Source: Eledone cirrhosa
Taxonomy: Eukaryota
DNA length: 64,000 bases
NCBI GenBank assembly: GCA_964016885.1
Contig: OZ024756.1
Location: forward strand, 32,860,001 to 32,924,000
Direction of reading: 5' to 3'
Part shown: piece after piece, positions 44,349-59,853 of the stretch
Position numbering within the stretch: the first letter of the stretch is position 1
Layout of the letters: the number at the start of each line of letters is the position of its first letter
Notes under the pieces: model-generated
Seen by the model: only the letters and a program-made list of their open reading frames with translations
Database searches by the model: none
Told to the model about the DNA's origin: nothing
Position numbers and translations under genes: made by a program

Positions 44349-44548
44349 NNNNNNNNNNNNNNNNNNNNNNNNNNNNNNNNNNNNNNNNNNNNNNNNNNNN
44401 NNNNNNNNNNNNNNNNNNNNNNNNNNNNNNNNNNNNNNNNNNNNNNNNNNNNNNNNNNNNNNNNNNNNNNNNNNNNNNNNNNNNNNNNNNNNNNNNNNNN
44501 NNNNNNNNNNNNNNNNNNNNNNNNNNNNNNNNNNNNNNNNNNNNNNNN
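44349..44548. other. Assembly gap (200 N)
   Basis: Run of N. Confidence 1.
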
Positions 44549-44580
44549 TATATATATATTTATATTTATATATATATATA

Positions 44581-44611
<31 letters not shown>

Positions 44612-44634
44612 TTATTTATATTTATATATATATA

Positions 44635-44715
<81 letters not shown>

Positions 44716-44727
44716 ATAATATATATA

Positions 44728-44772
<45 letters not shown>

Positions 44773-44816
44773 GGCATATATGTATGTATATGCCTATATA
44801 TATATATATATATATA

Positions 44817-44865
<49 letters not shown>

Positions 44866-44916
44866 AGGCATATATATACATATATATATGTATAGGCATA
44901 TATATATGTGTTTGTC

Positions 44917-44972
<56 letters not shown>

Positions 44973-45140
44973 CTATATATATACATACATACATACATAG
45001 AGAGAAAGAGAGACAGTGAAACAAATGGAGACGAAAATACAGAGAATTCAATATATTAATGGAGTCGTGAAACACTGTTTTATTTCTTTATCGCAATGCA
45101 GTAGTTTCCATAGAGTTTCCTCCCCTGCCATATATATATA

Positions 45141-45230
<90 letters not shown>

Positions 45231-45505
45231 TGAAAATGGCCTACCCAGGTGCGTTTAAGTGTAGTATTGTCTATGTTCAACTGTAATAGTAATGTTAAAC
45301 AACTTAAGTTGTATAGGGATCTGTCATATTGCAAAAGCTCACTAAAAATTCTCTCTTCACTATTCATATCTGGTCCATTAGTCAGGGTAATCGCATGAAA
45401 TGAACGACAGCAGGGTTGCATACGGCATAACAGCATGCATCCTATCTTCCTCACCTCCTCCATCATTCTTTCTTTCTCTCTCTTTGTATCATGCATATAA
45501 ATACA

Positions 45506-45698
<193 letters not shown>

Positions 45699-45701
45699 AA
45701 T

Positions 45702-45752
45702 GTTTTCTATAGGAATAGAACTGTTTCATTCGAATGAAATCATCAGGAAAGC
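45702..45752 (-). ncRNA. Degenerate hammerhead motif
   Basis: tttc-CTGATGA-tttc(attc)gaat-GAAA-cag..cta-TA|gaaa; stem III mismatched. Confidence 0.4.
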
Positions 45753-45789
45753 TCTGATGACTATATATATATATATATATATATATATG

Positions 45790-46069
45790 GAAAGTTATAT
45801 TTAAATTGTTGGGTTAACAACGAGTAAATATTTATAACTGATATAAAAGCACTCAACAAGTATTTGGAGTATATTTATGATATTTTTTACTACCAAATCA
45901 ACCTCCCAAATGCAAGGTGATTGAAAGGTATGTCGTATCTATTTATTTATAAGACTGTTTATATTGTATTTTGTCTGAAGATGGCATAACATATTGTTAA
46001 TATGATATCCCTGAAATATATATAACGAAATAAATATGGTTTTATAAATATAGTTTCCATTTACTTAAT

Positions 46070-46075
<6 letters not shown>
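45790..46075 (+). mobile_element. Family-B PLE remnant with inverted tail
   Basis: 45790-45883 matches 21657-21748 (the tail extension in inverted orientation), followed by an HHR and tail; TA flanks. Confidence 0.7.
45967..46032 (+). ncRNA. Type-I hammerhead ribozyme motif (family B)
   Basis: tattttgt-CTGAAGA-tggcataacatatt(gtt)aatatgatatccct-GAAA-TATATA-TA|acgaaata. Confidence 0.8.
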
Positions 46076-46160
<85 letters not shown>

Positions 46161-46651
46161 AAGTACATACGAGTTCAGTCAAAAAGATTTTGCGCGTGCT
46201 TGTTGTAATAATAATCATTGAAAATTCAAAGATGTCGGAAAATAACAGCTGCATTTTTATTTCTGTAGAAACAATAGAATTACATGAAAATCAACTCTTC
46301 ACTTAGCCTATTATGGAGACGTCAGATTATTAAACAAAGTCTTCGTGGATATTTGAATGTTCTCTTTCTGCACCAGAATTTAATAATACAAAAAAATGCC
46401 ACCTGTGTTTTCGAGTGTAAGCCAACCAAAGGATATCATTGTTTCTAGTTGTGTTATTTATTTTACTTTTATAATAATACGACACTCTGACAAGTTGAAT
46501 TAATTCCTCTAAACATAGAAGATGGTATCATTAAATTGACTATAAGTTAAATACATTAAGAATTACGACATCCGTCTACACAATATATGTTATACAATTA
46601 TTATATTACTGATATTAACGTTTGTCTATGCTCTGAGGTTAGCAAATTTGC

Positions 46652-46834
46652 GTGGATTGGCAGTATCGGTAGGGGGTCGGACGCCATTCTTTGTAGCATA
46701 GAGTTACGCCCCTTTAAGGTCTGATTTCAAATCCCGCCGAGGTTAACTTTGCCTTTCATCCTAACGGGGTCGATAAAATAAAGTACCAGTAATGCACTGG
46801 GATAATTGCTGGCCTTGTGCCAAAAGTAGAAACA
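46652..46834 (+). mobile_element. SINE family A, full length
   Basis: Family match. Confidence 0.9.
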
Positions 46835-48640
46835 GATATTATATTGAAAATATCATATACTCTACGTAATCATTGAGTTCGTTTTGCCTGTCTTTGTTAT
46901 TCCAAATGAACAGGTAACCTACATCATACAAGAGTCGGCTTAAATGATCATAGGCTGACCAAGGTACTCACAAGAAATGACCAAATGATGTTTATCCTTA
47001 AACATAAACCGTGGAATAAAACCATTTTGCTATTTATAAGAAGTGTTGACATTAATGCATGCAAGATTTCATAGCTCTAGCATCACTCCTTCATAATCAT
47101 CCTATGAACTTTTAAGCTGACTCTGGTATATGTATTGAAGGCATGAGGGTAGAACATTCTATATGAAACTCTTCACTAAATTTCTTTTTTCAGGAATCAT
47201 CAGCGAAAATTCGAAAGTACTTAAAGATTTTATTCATAAAATAATACACATATACACGAACATGCACTCAAATATGTCTCACCTGGAAGAAGTAAAAAAC
47301 ATTTTTCCTACTTCCTTACATGATTTATGATCAGGTATGAGGGCTGAATATTATATCTTATGTTCCTGCCATTAGCCTCGGAGGCCATTGAAAAATAACA
47401 TTAAGGCCGACATGACATTCTCGAAAATACATAAAGAGCACAAAAAAAAATAAAAATAACAAAACACATATACGTTGCTAATTCCTTCGAGAAAAAGCAA
47501 TTATCGTTGATCAAAATTACATTTCTTTTCACTCATAAATCTGATATGAATCTAAATTAGCTATCATCTCTGACAATCATTACTGTTGACGAAATTGGCA
47601 GGTTAAGCACATAGCCCGGAGCAGTTGAAATTGCCTGGTATAAATTAAAGTTTAATATTAAACAGCAATAATAGTCGCTCAGATATTCAGTAATGAATGC
47701 CAAAACATGTGTATTAACAGATAATTATGTGGAGAATTCTATGTTGTCATTCAACTGTCACACCAAATACTTCTGATGAAGTTTCTTCCCCTGTCGGAAT
47801 ATCGTTTCACATTAATATACACGTGGATGTGAACAGCCTAGTGGTTAAGATGTTGTTCGCGTGATCGGCATTTATAGATCTGGTGGCCCGTTGAGTGTTT
47901 CAGCAATGCACTATGTTCCACGCTGTTCTTGTTCACTGACAGGAAACTGAATCTTCGCAGGAGTTAGTGTGGGCGCATCGAAAGGTTTCTGTACTCCAAG
48001 TTGCTTAACGGCGCATGAAACCGGGAAAGGTATGATGCGGTTATGAGTTGAAAAAGTATTTAGCACACCCCGCCCATACACTTATATGTATGAATGTATA
48101 TATGTATGTATTTATGTGTATACGTATGTATGTATGTATTATCAATGTATGTATGTATGCATTCAAATGTCCGGCCGTGTGTCAGTCTATATTAGAAATT
48201 ATTAATATATTTAAAATGGTTGTCGATTGGCAGAGTCGTTAGAGCCGAGGATATATGCGTAGCAGTTTCCTTCCGGCTCTACAAGGTCAACATTACCTTT
48301 CATTATTTCAGTGTCAATATATCAAAGTACCATTAAAATACAGTGATTGTAGTATTTGTATCTATAGTAGAAATAACCATAAGTATAGAGGATCGACAGA
48401 ATTTGTAGAGCTTCAGATAAACAATAATTGTGCACTATGTTCTGAATTTTTACGTTCAGATTTTAAATCGCGCTGAGGTAATCTTACCCTTAATCCTCCT
48501 GGGATCGACAAAATGACATATCATTCAAATGCTGGCGTTGATTTAATCAATATTACTCCCCACCCTCACAAAATATAGTTTTCTGGCCTTCTTATAAATC
48601 AGTAATTAATATATTTTTTGGAAAATCGCTTAAAACAATT

Positions 48641-48752
48641 CTAAATATTTTTTTTCTTCTTCTTTTCAGGTGAGTACACACGATGTTTGTTTCTTTTTAA
48701 TGTTAAATGGTGCAGTATGAAGATAAGATTTGTCACTGCCAACAGTGTAAGT
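48641..48752 (+). promoter_or_regulatory. Candidate recursive splice site / RS-exon
   Basis: ctaaat branch-like motif, ~20-nt pyrimidine tract, CAG|GTGAGT at 48669|48670, second donor GTAAGT at 48747. Confidence 0.4.
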
Positions 48753-49387
48753 AACTATCTATAATTTATCGTCTTATCTCTCTCCTGAACTCGTCCAAAA
48801 ATCGATAAATTTGTCAAGCAGAGAATGTCATATAAGATAGACCCATAGTTTGGTTGAGGGAGGTGATTGGATGAATATCATAGTTTTACATCCTTCCTTC
48901 TATCCATGTATGGATTGGATGACATCTTGTTTTTATTCAGATATCATGAGGCGTTAATCAACTGTGACATTATGACTCCATCACCATTTGGAGAGGCTGT
49001 TAGTCCATCGCAGCTTTAATCCCCTGAACTGAGGGAACGCGAAATGAAGCACCTTGCTCAAGCAAACCATGCTATTCTCTGTCCGAGAATCAAAACCACG
49101 ATTATATAATGGGCCATGAAAATTTAACCACTGGGCCAAGAAGTGGACGAAGACTAAATCCGTATTCCTCTTTGTCTAATAAGTGGTAAAATGGTAGTGG
49201 TATTCAACAGCACAGTTAAAAATATATAGAGCGTGATGAAAGAAAAGGTAAAGTGATATCGACTGTTAACGGGGACATCCACCATAGTGACAGAATATTA
49301 CTTAACATAAGGATATTGAACCCAGACTGATGGGATAAATCTGGTATAAAAAAAGTTAACTAGAGAGAAGATAGAGAAAACCATTAC

Positions 49388-49460
49388 CTGAGTGCTACCT
49401 GGAGAGAAAAAAATGTACCACAAAGCACTACATTACTACCTGGAGAGAAATACAAGTTAG
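49388..49460 (-). other. Candidate short exon/microexon with duplicated acceptors
   Basis: actaac-ttgtatttctctccAG|gtag...tttttttctctccAG|gtagcactcag|GTAATG. Confidence 0.4.
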
Positions 49461-49767
49461 TATGCATAAAGATCCACCTAAAGCTAGAAAAGTTTGATTG
49501 GAAAGCAATTGTGTTTTTCCAAAAGTATAATACAGGAATTGTACAACTATATAAAAAAATTATCAATTTCAACAGGAAATTGTTAATTATAACGTTGATA
49601 ATCTGCACCACTCGACTTCTACAAACATACTGAAATATAAATACATGAATACATAAATACACTCATACATATATATATTTATATACGTGTATATGTGTGT
49701 GTATACATGTATATATATATCTAAACATATATGTATATATATATATATATGTATATATAAATACATG

Positions 49768-49811
<44 letters not shown>

Positions 49812-49959
49812 CATATAAATGCAAATATATATATACATACAAATATATATATATACATACATATATATATATACATAAAAAAAAAATATATATATACATA
49901 CAAATATATATATAAATATATATATGTATATACATGTATACACACACATATATATATAT

Positions 49960-50096
49960 ATAATTGTTTCTACTTTAAGCACAAGGCCAGCAATTTCCCA
50001 GTGCATTACTGGTACTTTATTTTATCGACCCCGTAAGGATGAAAGGCAAAGTCAACCTCGGCGGGATTTGAACTCAGATCGTAAAGGGACGTAACT
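49960..50096 (-). mobile_element. 5'-truncated SINE family A in (TA)n
   Basis: 5' breakpoint essentially the same as the 15174 copy. Confidence 0.9.
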
Positions 50097-50207
50097 TGTA
50101 TATATATGCTTATATATATGCATATATATATATGAGTGTATATATATATATATATATGATGTATATATATATACAATCCTATCTATCTATCTATCTATAT
50201 ATCTATA

Positions 50208-50240
<33 letters not shown>

Positions 50241-50241
50241 G

Positions 50242-50283
<42 letters not shown>

Positions 50284-50321
50284 TTCATGAATATATATAT
50301 ATATACATGAATATATATACA

Positions 50322-50367
<46 letters not shown>

Positions 50368-50421
50368 CACAATAATACATATATATATATATATATAGAT
50401 ATATAATGTATATATATACAT

Positions 50422-50626
50422 ATTAGAAAGTGAGGTTTTTTTTACAAAATGAAATATAACCGAGGTGTTCTAGACGAGTGAAAGTATAAAGAAAAAAAGA
50501 TGAAATCGAAAATGCAACTGGAGTCTTATTTTTTTTAAAATATATATATTTGTTTGGTTCCTTTACCTATTTCGCAGTTCTTCTGCTTTTCAAAAGTAGA
50601 GTTGAGATGGAGGGTCTGTGGTTTTT
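50422..50626 (-). mobile_element. U3:A8 HHR family copy 3
   Basis: ctactt-TTGAAAA-gcagaagaactgc-GAAA-TAGG-TA|aagg at 50558-50599; long homology to 4560-4768. Confidence 0.65.
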
Positions 50627-50667
50627 ATATATTTATATATATATTTATCTATATATATTTATGTATA

Positions 50668-50704
<37 letters not shown>

Positions 50705-50810
50705 AGAGAGAGAGAGAGAGAAGGAGAGAGAGATAAATATCTATATATATATATATAGAGAGAGATAAATATATATATATATATACAGAGAGAGAGAGAG
50801 AGAGAGAGAG

Positions 50811-50865
<55 letters not shown>

Positions 50866-50912
50866 TACATATATATATGTATATACATATATATATATAT
50901 AGAGAGAGAGAG

Positions 50913-50963
<51 letters not shown>

Positions 50964-51016
50964 TAGATAAATATATATATATACATTTATATATATAGAT
51001 AAATATATACATATAG

Positions 51017-51055
<39 letters not shown>

Positions 51056-51139
51056 TAGATAAATGTATATATATATATATATAGATACATATTTATATAT
51101 AGATATATATATATATATATATATATATATCAATATATA

Positions 51140-51242
51140 GCAACGAGTAGGACCCCGAGGGCTGAGCTCAAGCCGTTTCGACGGCTAATCCAGAATTAGC
51201 CGTCGAAATGGCTTGAGCTCAGCCGTCGGGGTTTTACTTGTT

Positions 51243-51245
<3 letters not shown>
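51140..51245. mobile_element. Family-F palindrome (two inverted half-HHRs)
   Basis: gaccccgagggctgagctcaagccgtttcgacggctaat|ccaga|attagccgtcgaaatggcttgagctcagccgtcggggt. Confidence 0.7.
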
Positions 51246-51316
<71 letters not shown>

Positions 51317-51716
51317 AATATATACATAAATATATATATATACATATATATATATATACATAAATATATATATATATACATAAATATATATATATATACA
51401 ATGTGAGTGTGTTGTGGTAATACAAATTCGCATATAAAGCTTATGAAAATACAAATGCTGCACTCATTGTACGTAGAGTATACTTCAATATTTGAATATC
51501 ATGCAGTATTATATATGCTGGAAATTTGTCAATATGACGGAAATTACACATGAATACAGAAAAGAATTTAAAGAAAAAATGGTCATAATAAATATATACC
51601 TTTCATTCATTCTTGTTTGTATGTGTGTATGTATCTAATCATTTATGTTGTGTGTTTGAATGCATTTATGGGCTATATATGCAGCTAGGTGTATACACAC
51701 ATACAAACACACACAT

Positions 51717-51771
<55 letters not shown>

Positions 51772-51977
51772 TATATATATATACATATATTCATATTTAG
51801 ATACATGCGTGTGCGTTAGTGCGTATAAGTATACACAAAGGTATTCGTACCTAATATTGCCAAAGGTGAACCCAGGTGAATCGATTCTTGTGTGCATTTA
51901 TTCATCTAGAATTTTCTGCGCACATATGAAACTGCATTAACATATGTGCGATTATATAAATATAAACTAAAACAAAG

Positions 51978-52022
<45 letters not shown>

Positions 52023-52496
52023 CATATATTTATATATGTATTTATTCATTTATTCGTATATATATATATATATAATTGTATACCAATAATATATATATAT
52101 ATATAATTGTATACCAATATTTCGTTTTATCTATGGGTATGTGTTGGTGGGTAATTTTTTTTTTCGTGTATTTATTATTTTATATACATTATCTATATTT
52201 CTATTTATATGTATATGTTGTCCCCTGTTTATCTGTCTCTTTTTCTTTAATACCATTCATTGTCTCTCACTCTCCGGCTAACCACCTCTCTCCTAATCAC
52301 CTTTACTAACCTCTTTCTCTAATCTTTTCATTCCACGCTTATTCACCTGTCACGTTTTAGCCAATAACATGTTGCTATGATATATCCCCCATAGTGACGT
52401 AAATAATAGCTTGCTGTAGTCGTATCTACTTTCTGTCTTTTGCGTTCATATCTCGTCGAAGTCAACGTTGCCTTTCATCGTGTCGTGTTCTATATA

Positions 52497-52760
52497 TAAA
52501 CTACTAATCTATAACACGTACATATACACCATGTCCAAACACAAAAGAACCAAACACCCACTGTCACTGCCTCCGTCTCTCTCTCTCGCTCTCGCCATCT
52601 CTCACTATTGTGAACGAAAGTAGGTCCACGCGTTGGCCATGCCACGGCCCAGGGGGACAGAAGAGAGAAGGCGTTTTCTCGGAAGATGGTGAAGGAGACG
52701 CGCTGGAAGAGCCATTCCAGCTCGCGCATTACTAGACATGTCTCTTCGTCTATGTCTCTT
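52497..52760 (-). mobile_element. Second CRE-like LINE 3' fragment
   Basis: RELEWLFQRVSFTIFRENAFSLL; homologous to 18190-18380. Confidence 0.7.
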
Positions 52761-54814
52761 CCTGACACCACCCATCATCTCTCTCTTTTTTCTCTGTGGA
52801 ATATGGTTAGACAGTATATAATTTAAAATGCCCAGGAACAATAACTCCAACAGCAGTTCTGAGACCAATCCATTTCATGACAAGCTGAAATCTTAATAAT
52901 GAAAATCAAATGATAATATATAGAAATTTATTTTGAAAAATATTCGAAAAGTATAGGAAATGGATTGAAAAAGAATAGGAAGAAAATATAGTATAAAAAT
53001 AACCGCTGACAATTATTGTTATTCTGTCTTTTACTGTTTCCTACATCATAAGATCTGTTTAATATACATAGATATATGTAGAAGTTTATGACATCATATC
53101 ATTCAAGACCATAATACATATTTCTGGTTAGCTGATATCTAATAAAGAATTACAGTAGAGGAGTTGGAACAGCATGTTTAAGGAGTCATTAGGTCTTACG
53201 ATCGATGCTACTGCGTATTATCCTGAGCAAATGTGATTTATCATAGGGTGAGATCGCTTTATCAATTATTTGGTGTAATTATTTCTAACTTATACACACT
53301 GTAGTTACACTTGTCCAAATATTTAGTTAGCCAAGTCTCTTCATCTGAAACATACACAACCTATAAGGATACAGACTTTATCAGACATGCAAGTGCTAAA
53401 TGCAGCAAGAATATTAACATTTCTTTTTACAAGAACACGTGTAACTCTGAAATGTTACTGTACGTTAACAGTGCATTCTATCCCTGAGAATATCTACTTG
53501 TATTTATTGAAAACGATTAGAAAATATCTATATAATATATATATATAACATGTGTGTGTTTCTGTTTTTATTTGTATAGATTAATGTGTGTGTGTATATA
53601 TATATATATACCTATGTATATATTGAAACAATTAGAAAAATACGATCATATATGCAATCAAATTTACCCGTACTTTCACTAGTTGGCAACTTACTAATGA
53701 AAGTAAATCTATGCCTTATAGGGATTTGTCTACACTTTTACACTTGCTGTGCCATTCCAATTAATATTATTCTCACATAGATTGATTAATTAGCAGTGAT
53801 ATTGCTGCCAGTTATCAACGAAAGATAATGTAATAAGTTTTATATTTATTTTGATGTTTGTTTTTTATGCTGTTCTCGTTATTGTTGTTGCCATTGTAGT
53901 TCTTGTTCTTAGGATCATTATTGTCGGTGTTGTTGTTGTAGGTATTCTCGTTACTCTGGTAATTGCGAGATCATTGATATTGCTGTTGTTATTTGCTTTA
54001 TATCTTCAGACCGTGTTGCCCGTATATATATTTTTACTGTGAAGCATTATATGTATACACAAAATTACACACGCCCACAAGCTTACATTCTTATACATAC
54101 ACATACATGAACACATAATAATACACCTATAGGCATGTGGATACATACACGTATTTAAAAGCAGGTAGTGAAAGCTTATAGATCGTCTATCTGTATCCAT
54201 GAAGATTATTACAGTTATTTGCTCAATGAAAATAACGAGCCTCTGAATTGTAAAGAAATGAATATAATTCCACACATCTTATTGACTAAATATTTAACTT
54301 GAATTGTGTCACCAAATATCAAATAGTGTTTGCTATCTTTGTCACACACTGAGAACTATGTTAAGTATACACGTGCTGCGAAATGATATGCCTCTTTCTC
54401 ATTAACTTTACGGGCAGTCTCATCCTTCTATAGAATAATTAGAAGAAACCTCGTCAGAACCGAGAGAATTCCAAGAAAAATAAAAATATGCTTTTTGACT
54501 ATATGTAATCTTCATTTTGTGGAATGGTCTAATTGTTCATTGTCATGGAAATTATGTTCTAATTGTTTTGTATTTCCTCGTTGGCGTTCTTCTAATCTGT
54601 GGATGAAGCATGTCTGAACATTTTCAGTCCTTTTCTTGGCATCATATACAAGGTTCATGAACCAAACACAGTCAACTCAGTTGAATATTTTTGTTATCCC
54701 TGAATATATTTGTTAAACTCCAGCAGCTTTTTATATACATTTCAAAATCATTACGTATACTTATGATGTACACAATTCTTTTCTTGGCTAATGAACAATA
54801 AATATAATATGAAA

Positions 54815-55588
54815 TAATTGTTTCTTCTTGTGGCACAAGGCCAGCAATTATACTAGTGCATAACTGGTACTTTATTTTACCCACTCCGTAAGGTTGACAG
54901 GCAAAGTTAACATCGGCGAGATTTGAACTCATACCATAAAAGGCCGTAACTCTATGCTGCAAAGCATGGAATCCTACTCTCTACCCACACTGCCAATCCA
55001 CTGTCCTATGAAATAATTCTTTCTACTTTTGGCACAAGGCCAGCAATTACCTAGTACATTACTGGAACTTTATTTTATCGACCCTGTAGGGATGAAAGGC
55101 AATGTTATGTAAGATAAACAGACAAAATAGAGGGATTCACTCGAATTTAAGAAAAGACACAGAAGGAAAGATGCATTGATAAAGTCATATGCAATGACGA
55201 AAGAACCTTGACATTTAATTAATTAGCTCATTAACCAACGCATTGGTGGATTAATGATAACTCACAAGCGGAAAGGACCGGGGAGTGTGTGTTAATTGGG
55301 AGCATGACCCTTCGAAAAACAATATCCTTTTAAAAACACGAAGAATCAAGGAAACATATACATTCCCCCAAAACAATAGTTTGGTTCTTGTACATTTTTA
55401 TTCTATTAGATTTCCTGTAGAGATTCCAAAAAGTAATTGTTTCTACCTTTAGCACAAGGGCAGCGATATCCCCAGTGTATTACTGGTGCTTTATTTTATC
55501 AACCCCGTTAGGATGAAAGGCAAAGTTAACCTCGGTGGGATTTGAACTCAGACTTGAAAGGGCCATAACTCTTTGTGGCAAAGCATGG
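54815..55588 (-). mobile_element. Cluster of three SINE family A copies
   Basis: 54815-55003, 55013-55106 (3' part) and 55434-55588. Confidence 0.85.
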
Positions 55589-56618
55589 GTTTTATTCGAA
55601 GAAATAATATAGTCTATATTGGATTTTGCTAATCACATTCTCAAGGATCAACAGATGACAGGAGCACTTGACACTAGTTAAACACTTGTCAGGTTTAAAA
55701 GTATTAACAGTACTCTTACTGATCGTAGTTGTGAAATTTAATCGACCCTACAGTTACAGCAATGTTATAGCATGGCGTATGATGAAGAAGCAAGTATTGT
55801 TGGAAATCAATGAAACCGAACATAAACTGCACGTGTTCACTCGTCGTTTTATCGATTCTACAATCGTTCCATCTCGTTCAATTATTAACAGGTCAGAAAG
55901 AAATGTTAAAATTTCCTAAAAATTTCCAATAGGTTATTCATTTCAGAAGCGAGAGAAATTTCTTTAGACACTTGCTATCTATTTTAATCTTTTTTGTTGT
56001 TTTTTTCTTACTTTTCTTTTAAATGCTTTATTTTATCCATAAAAACATGTTTTTTTTTAATGAATAACAATTTGAAAAATACGCTTCTTTGGATATTCTA
56101 GCAATAGCCTATTGGAGACTCAGTCCTCGGATGGATTGTTCTATTATCGCTAGCTAAATCACGCTAGAAATGACAGTTCCACGAAAGACAATGGCCATTT
56201 TTATTATTATTATTATTGCTTTTTTTTATCATTTTTATTATTACTATTGTAGTTGTTGTTGTAATTTTTTGTTGTTAGATTTTAATTTTTTTCTTTAAAC
56301 AAATTTAAAAAGAAAAGATTCGAATAATGATATTTTTATTTCTGCTTTTTTTAAAGATTAAACTTATTGATTTGATGGCTCGAATACAGAGTAAACGTTA
56401 CTAAAAACGATGATGATGATAATGAGTAGAGGGTTATGATAATGGCATTTGTGAACGCAAGCAATGGTGTTGAATATAGCGATGATAAGTTTAATGGTGT
56501 TAATATTAAGGCGTTATGAAAGCAAAAATTCAGGGTAAAATTCTGTCACAATTATATACCTCCGTAGATGACACTTGTGTAACACGCCAACTAAGTAAAC
56601 ATTTATGTATATGTGCGT

Positions 56619-57045
<427 letters not shown>

Positions 57046-57084
57046 GATATTAACAAATGGAAACTATATTTATAAAACCATATT

Positions 57085-57149
57085 TATTTCATTATACATA
57101 TTTCAAGGACACCAAGTAAAATTATGGTGTGCTTTCATCAGACAAAATA
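57085..57149 (-). ncRNA. Type-I hammerhead ribozyme motif (family B)
   Basis: tattttgt-CTGATGA-aagcacacca..tggtgtcctt-GAAA-TATGTA-TA|atgaaata; near-identical to 21783. Confidence 0.8.
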
Positions 57150-57211
57150 TAATATAGATCAGTTTTATAAATAAATATTGACATACTCTTACTGTTGGAA
57201 GCTCCCGGATA

Positions 57212-57276
<65 letters not shown>

Positions 57277-57303
57277 TATATACACATATATATATATATA
57301 TAC

Positions 57304-57389
<86 letters not shown>

Positions 57390-58054
57390 AGTGTAACATG
57401 CAGATACCGTAGGTTCACGAAAGTGAGCACTCGATGCATAGTTTCCAGTCTGTAAAGAGGTGTAGAACTAAGCAGAGTTTAAATGTAATAATTGTGTCTA
57501 CTTAGGATGATTTGTCATGCCTTCATTACGGTTAATGAGTAGTAACGCGCGTTTCGCTGTTGATCAGCTCAAGGTTCTATCTCTATGGATCTGGTCCGAC
57601 TCTGGAATCAAAAGCACGTCGGACCTCTGCTGTGGTAGAAACGGAGAAGAGCAGTTAGAGAGAGAGAGTGAGAGAGAAAGAGCAGTTAGGAACAGTCCGA
57701 TGTGGGCGAACGTAAGTGAGAGAAGGAAAGAGGCTGCGTTTAAGAGAGGGTGTAAGATAAAGAGATAGATAGACTGTGACTGTTTAAGTGGAAGGGTAGG
57801 AGAGATATATAGCTTGAGTGAAAAGGACGGAGTGTATACGAAAGTCAAATGAGAGACAATGAATAGATATGAAGAGATTGGTAGTGTGTGACAGAATGAT
57901 AAGGTTGAGAAACCGTTATATATATAGAGGGAGTGAGTATGTGTGTGTGTGTATGGGACAGAAGTAGTAAGGTAGGGAGAGGGTAAGAGAGAGTGAGTAT
58001 GTGTGTGTATGTGACAGAAGGAGAAAGGTAGAGAGAGGGTAAGAGAGAGAGAGA

Positions 58055-58110
<56 letters not shown>

Positions 58111-58348
58111 GTATGTGTGTGTGTATGACAGAAGGTGTAAGGTACATGAGGGCGAGAGAGTGTGTGTGTATATGTGTATAAGAGTAACATTGTGAGGGAT
58201 ATAGAGAGCGTACTTACGTATGCTGTAATACTAGTAGCCGAGAGAGAGATGGAGAGAGAGGCAGATATAGAGAGAGGGAGGAAGAGAGACTCAAACTGAG
58301 AGAGAAAAAGAAGCACAGAAAGAAATTGAAAGAGAGAGAGAGGGATGC

Positions 58349-58441
<93 letters not shown>

Positions 58442-58871
58442 GAGAAACAAGATATAGAAAAAGAAAATTAAATATAAATCTAGTAAGAGTGAAACTACAA
58501 GAATGATTACACACTAAATCAACTGGCCTAACATTGTTGGCTTTTCTTCTATCTTTTTCTCAAAGAGTCACGTATGATTCTTTTATCTACAGTTGTTGTT
58601 TGGAAATCTTACCATCACCATTTGTCTTTTTATTTTCCTCCGTATTTATCGTTTGATTTTTTGGCTGTGTCTTTCTAGTTAATGTTGTTTTTATTTCTCA
58701 AATACTTTCAATATATCTTCTTCAGGAGACAACTTTAGGTAACTTTTTAACCGTATTTCTGGTTCTGTGTTTATTTATTTTTTTATATTCTTTTCACTAT
58801 CCGCCATGGCATTCATCAAAGATTTTTTTTTTTTTTTTCATATCCGTTCACTCTTTTATGTTTGCTTTAAC

Positions 58872-59010
<139 letters not shown>

Positions 59011-59013
59011 CAC

Positions 59014-59052
<39 letters not shown>

Positions 59053-59054
59053 CA

Positions 59055-59104
<50 letters not shown>

Positions 59105-59179
59105 TACAGATATTTAAATATATACATACATATATATACATATATATATAAACGTATATATATATACATATATATATAC

Positions 59180-59262
<83 letters not shown>

Positions 59263-59853
59263 TGTATATATAAACATAAAACAAGTCTTTATTAGTTTAT
59301 TTTGGGGTTAGGGTTAGTGTCAAAATGTGCTGTTACTCTAAATTCTAAATAACATTGTCTGTACTTTAGTTCATCCTCGAATGCTTTTCACAGATAGTAT
59401 TTAGTAAATGTCTTTGAGGATTTCTTATTCTAGAGAAAGAAATCAAACAGACATCAAATACATTTCCATTCTTCTCAATGGAACATTTTGTGACCTATAG
59501 AGAGCATTAGCAGGTGATCATGTGTGATTATATCTGTATAACTACACACAATCTATTTATCCAGCAACACTAGCAAAGAATTCTTCTCTCATGCCTTTAC
59601 TTGTTTCTTTATCACACTTTTCCTTTCTCTGTCTTAGCTCTTTTCTAGCTCTCTCAACCATTCTTTATCTCTCTCACGTTATTCTCTGTCAACAACGTCG
59701 TATTTTTTTCTCCTTCCTACTCAAATATTAACATGCCGTCCACTGTTTGAACTGTTTACATTACCAACACCGTAAAATAGTAGGTTCCTGCGTCTTTTAC
59801 TATTTGACTATATCTAAACGAGTATGTCTGCTTTTATTATTTTACAGTTTACA

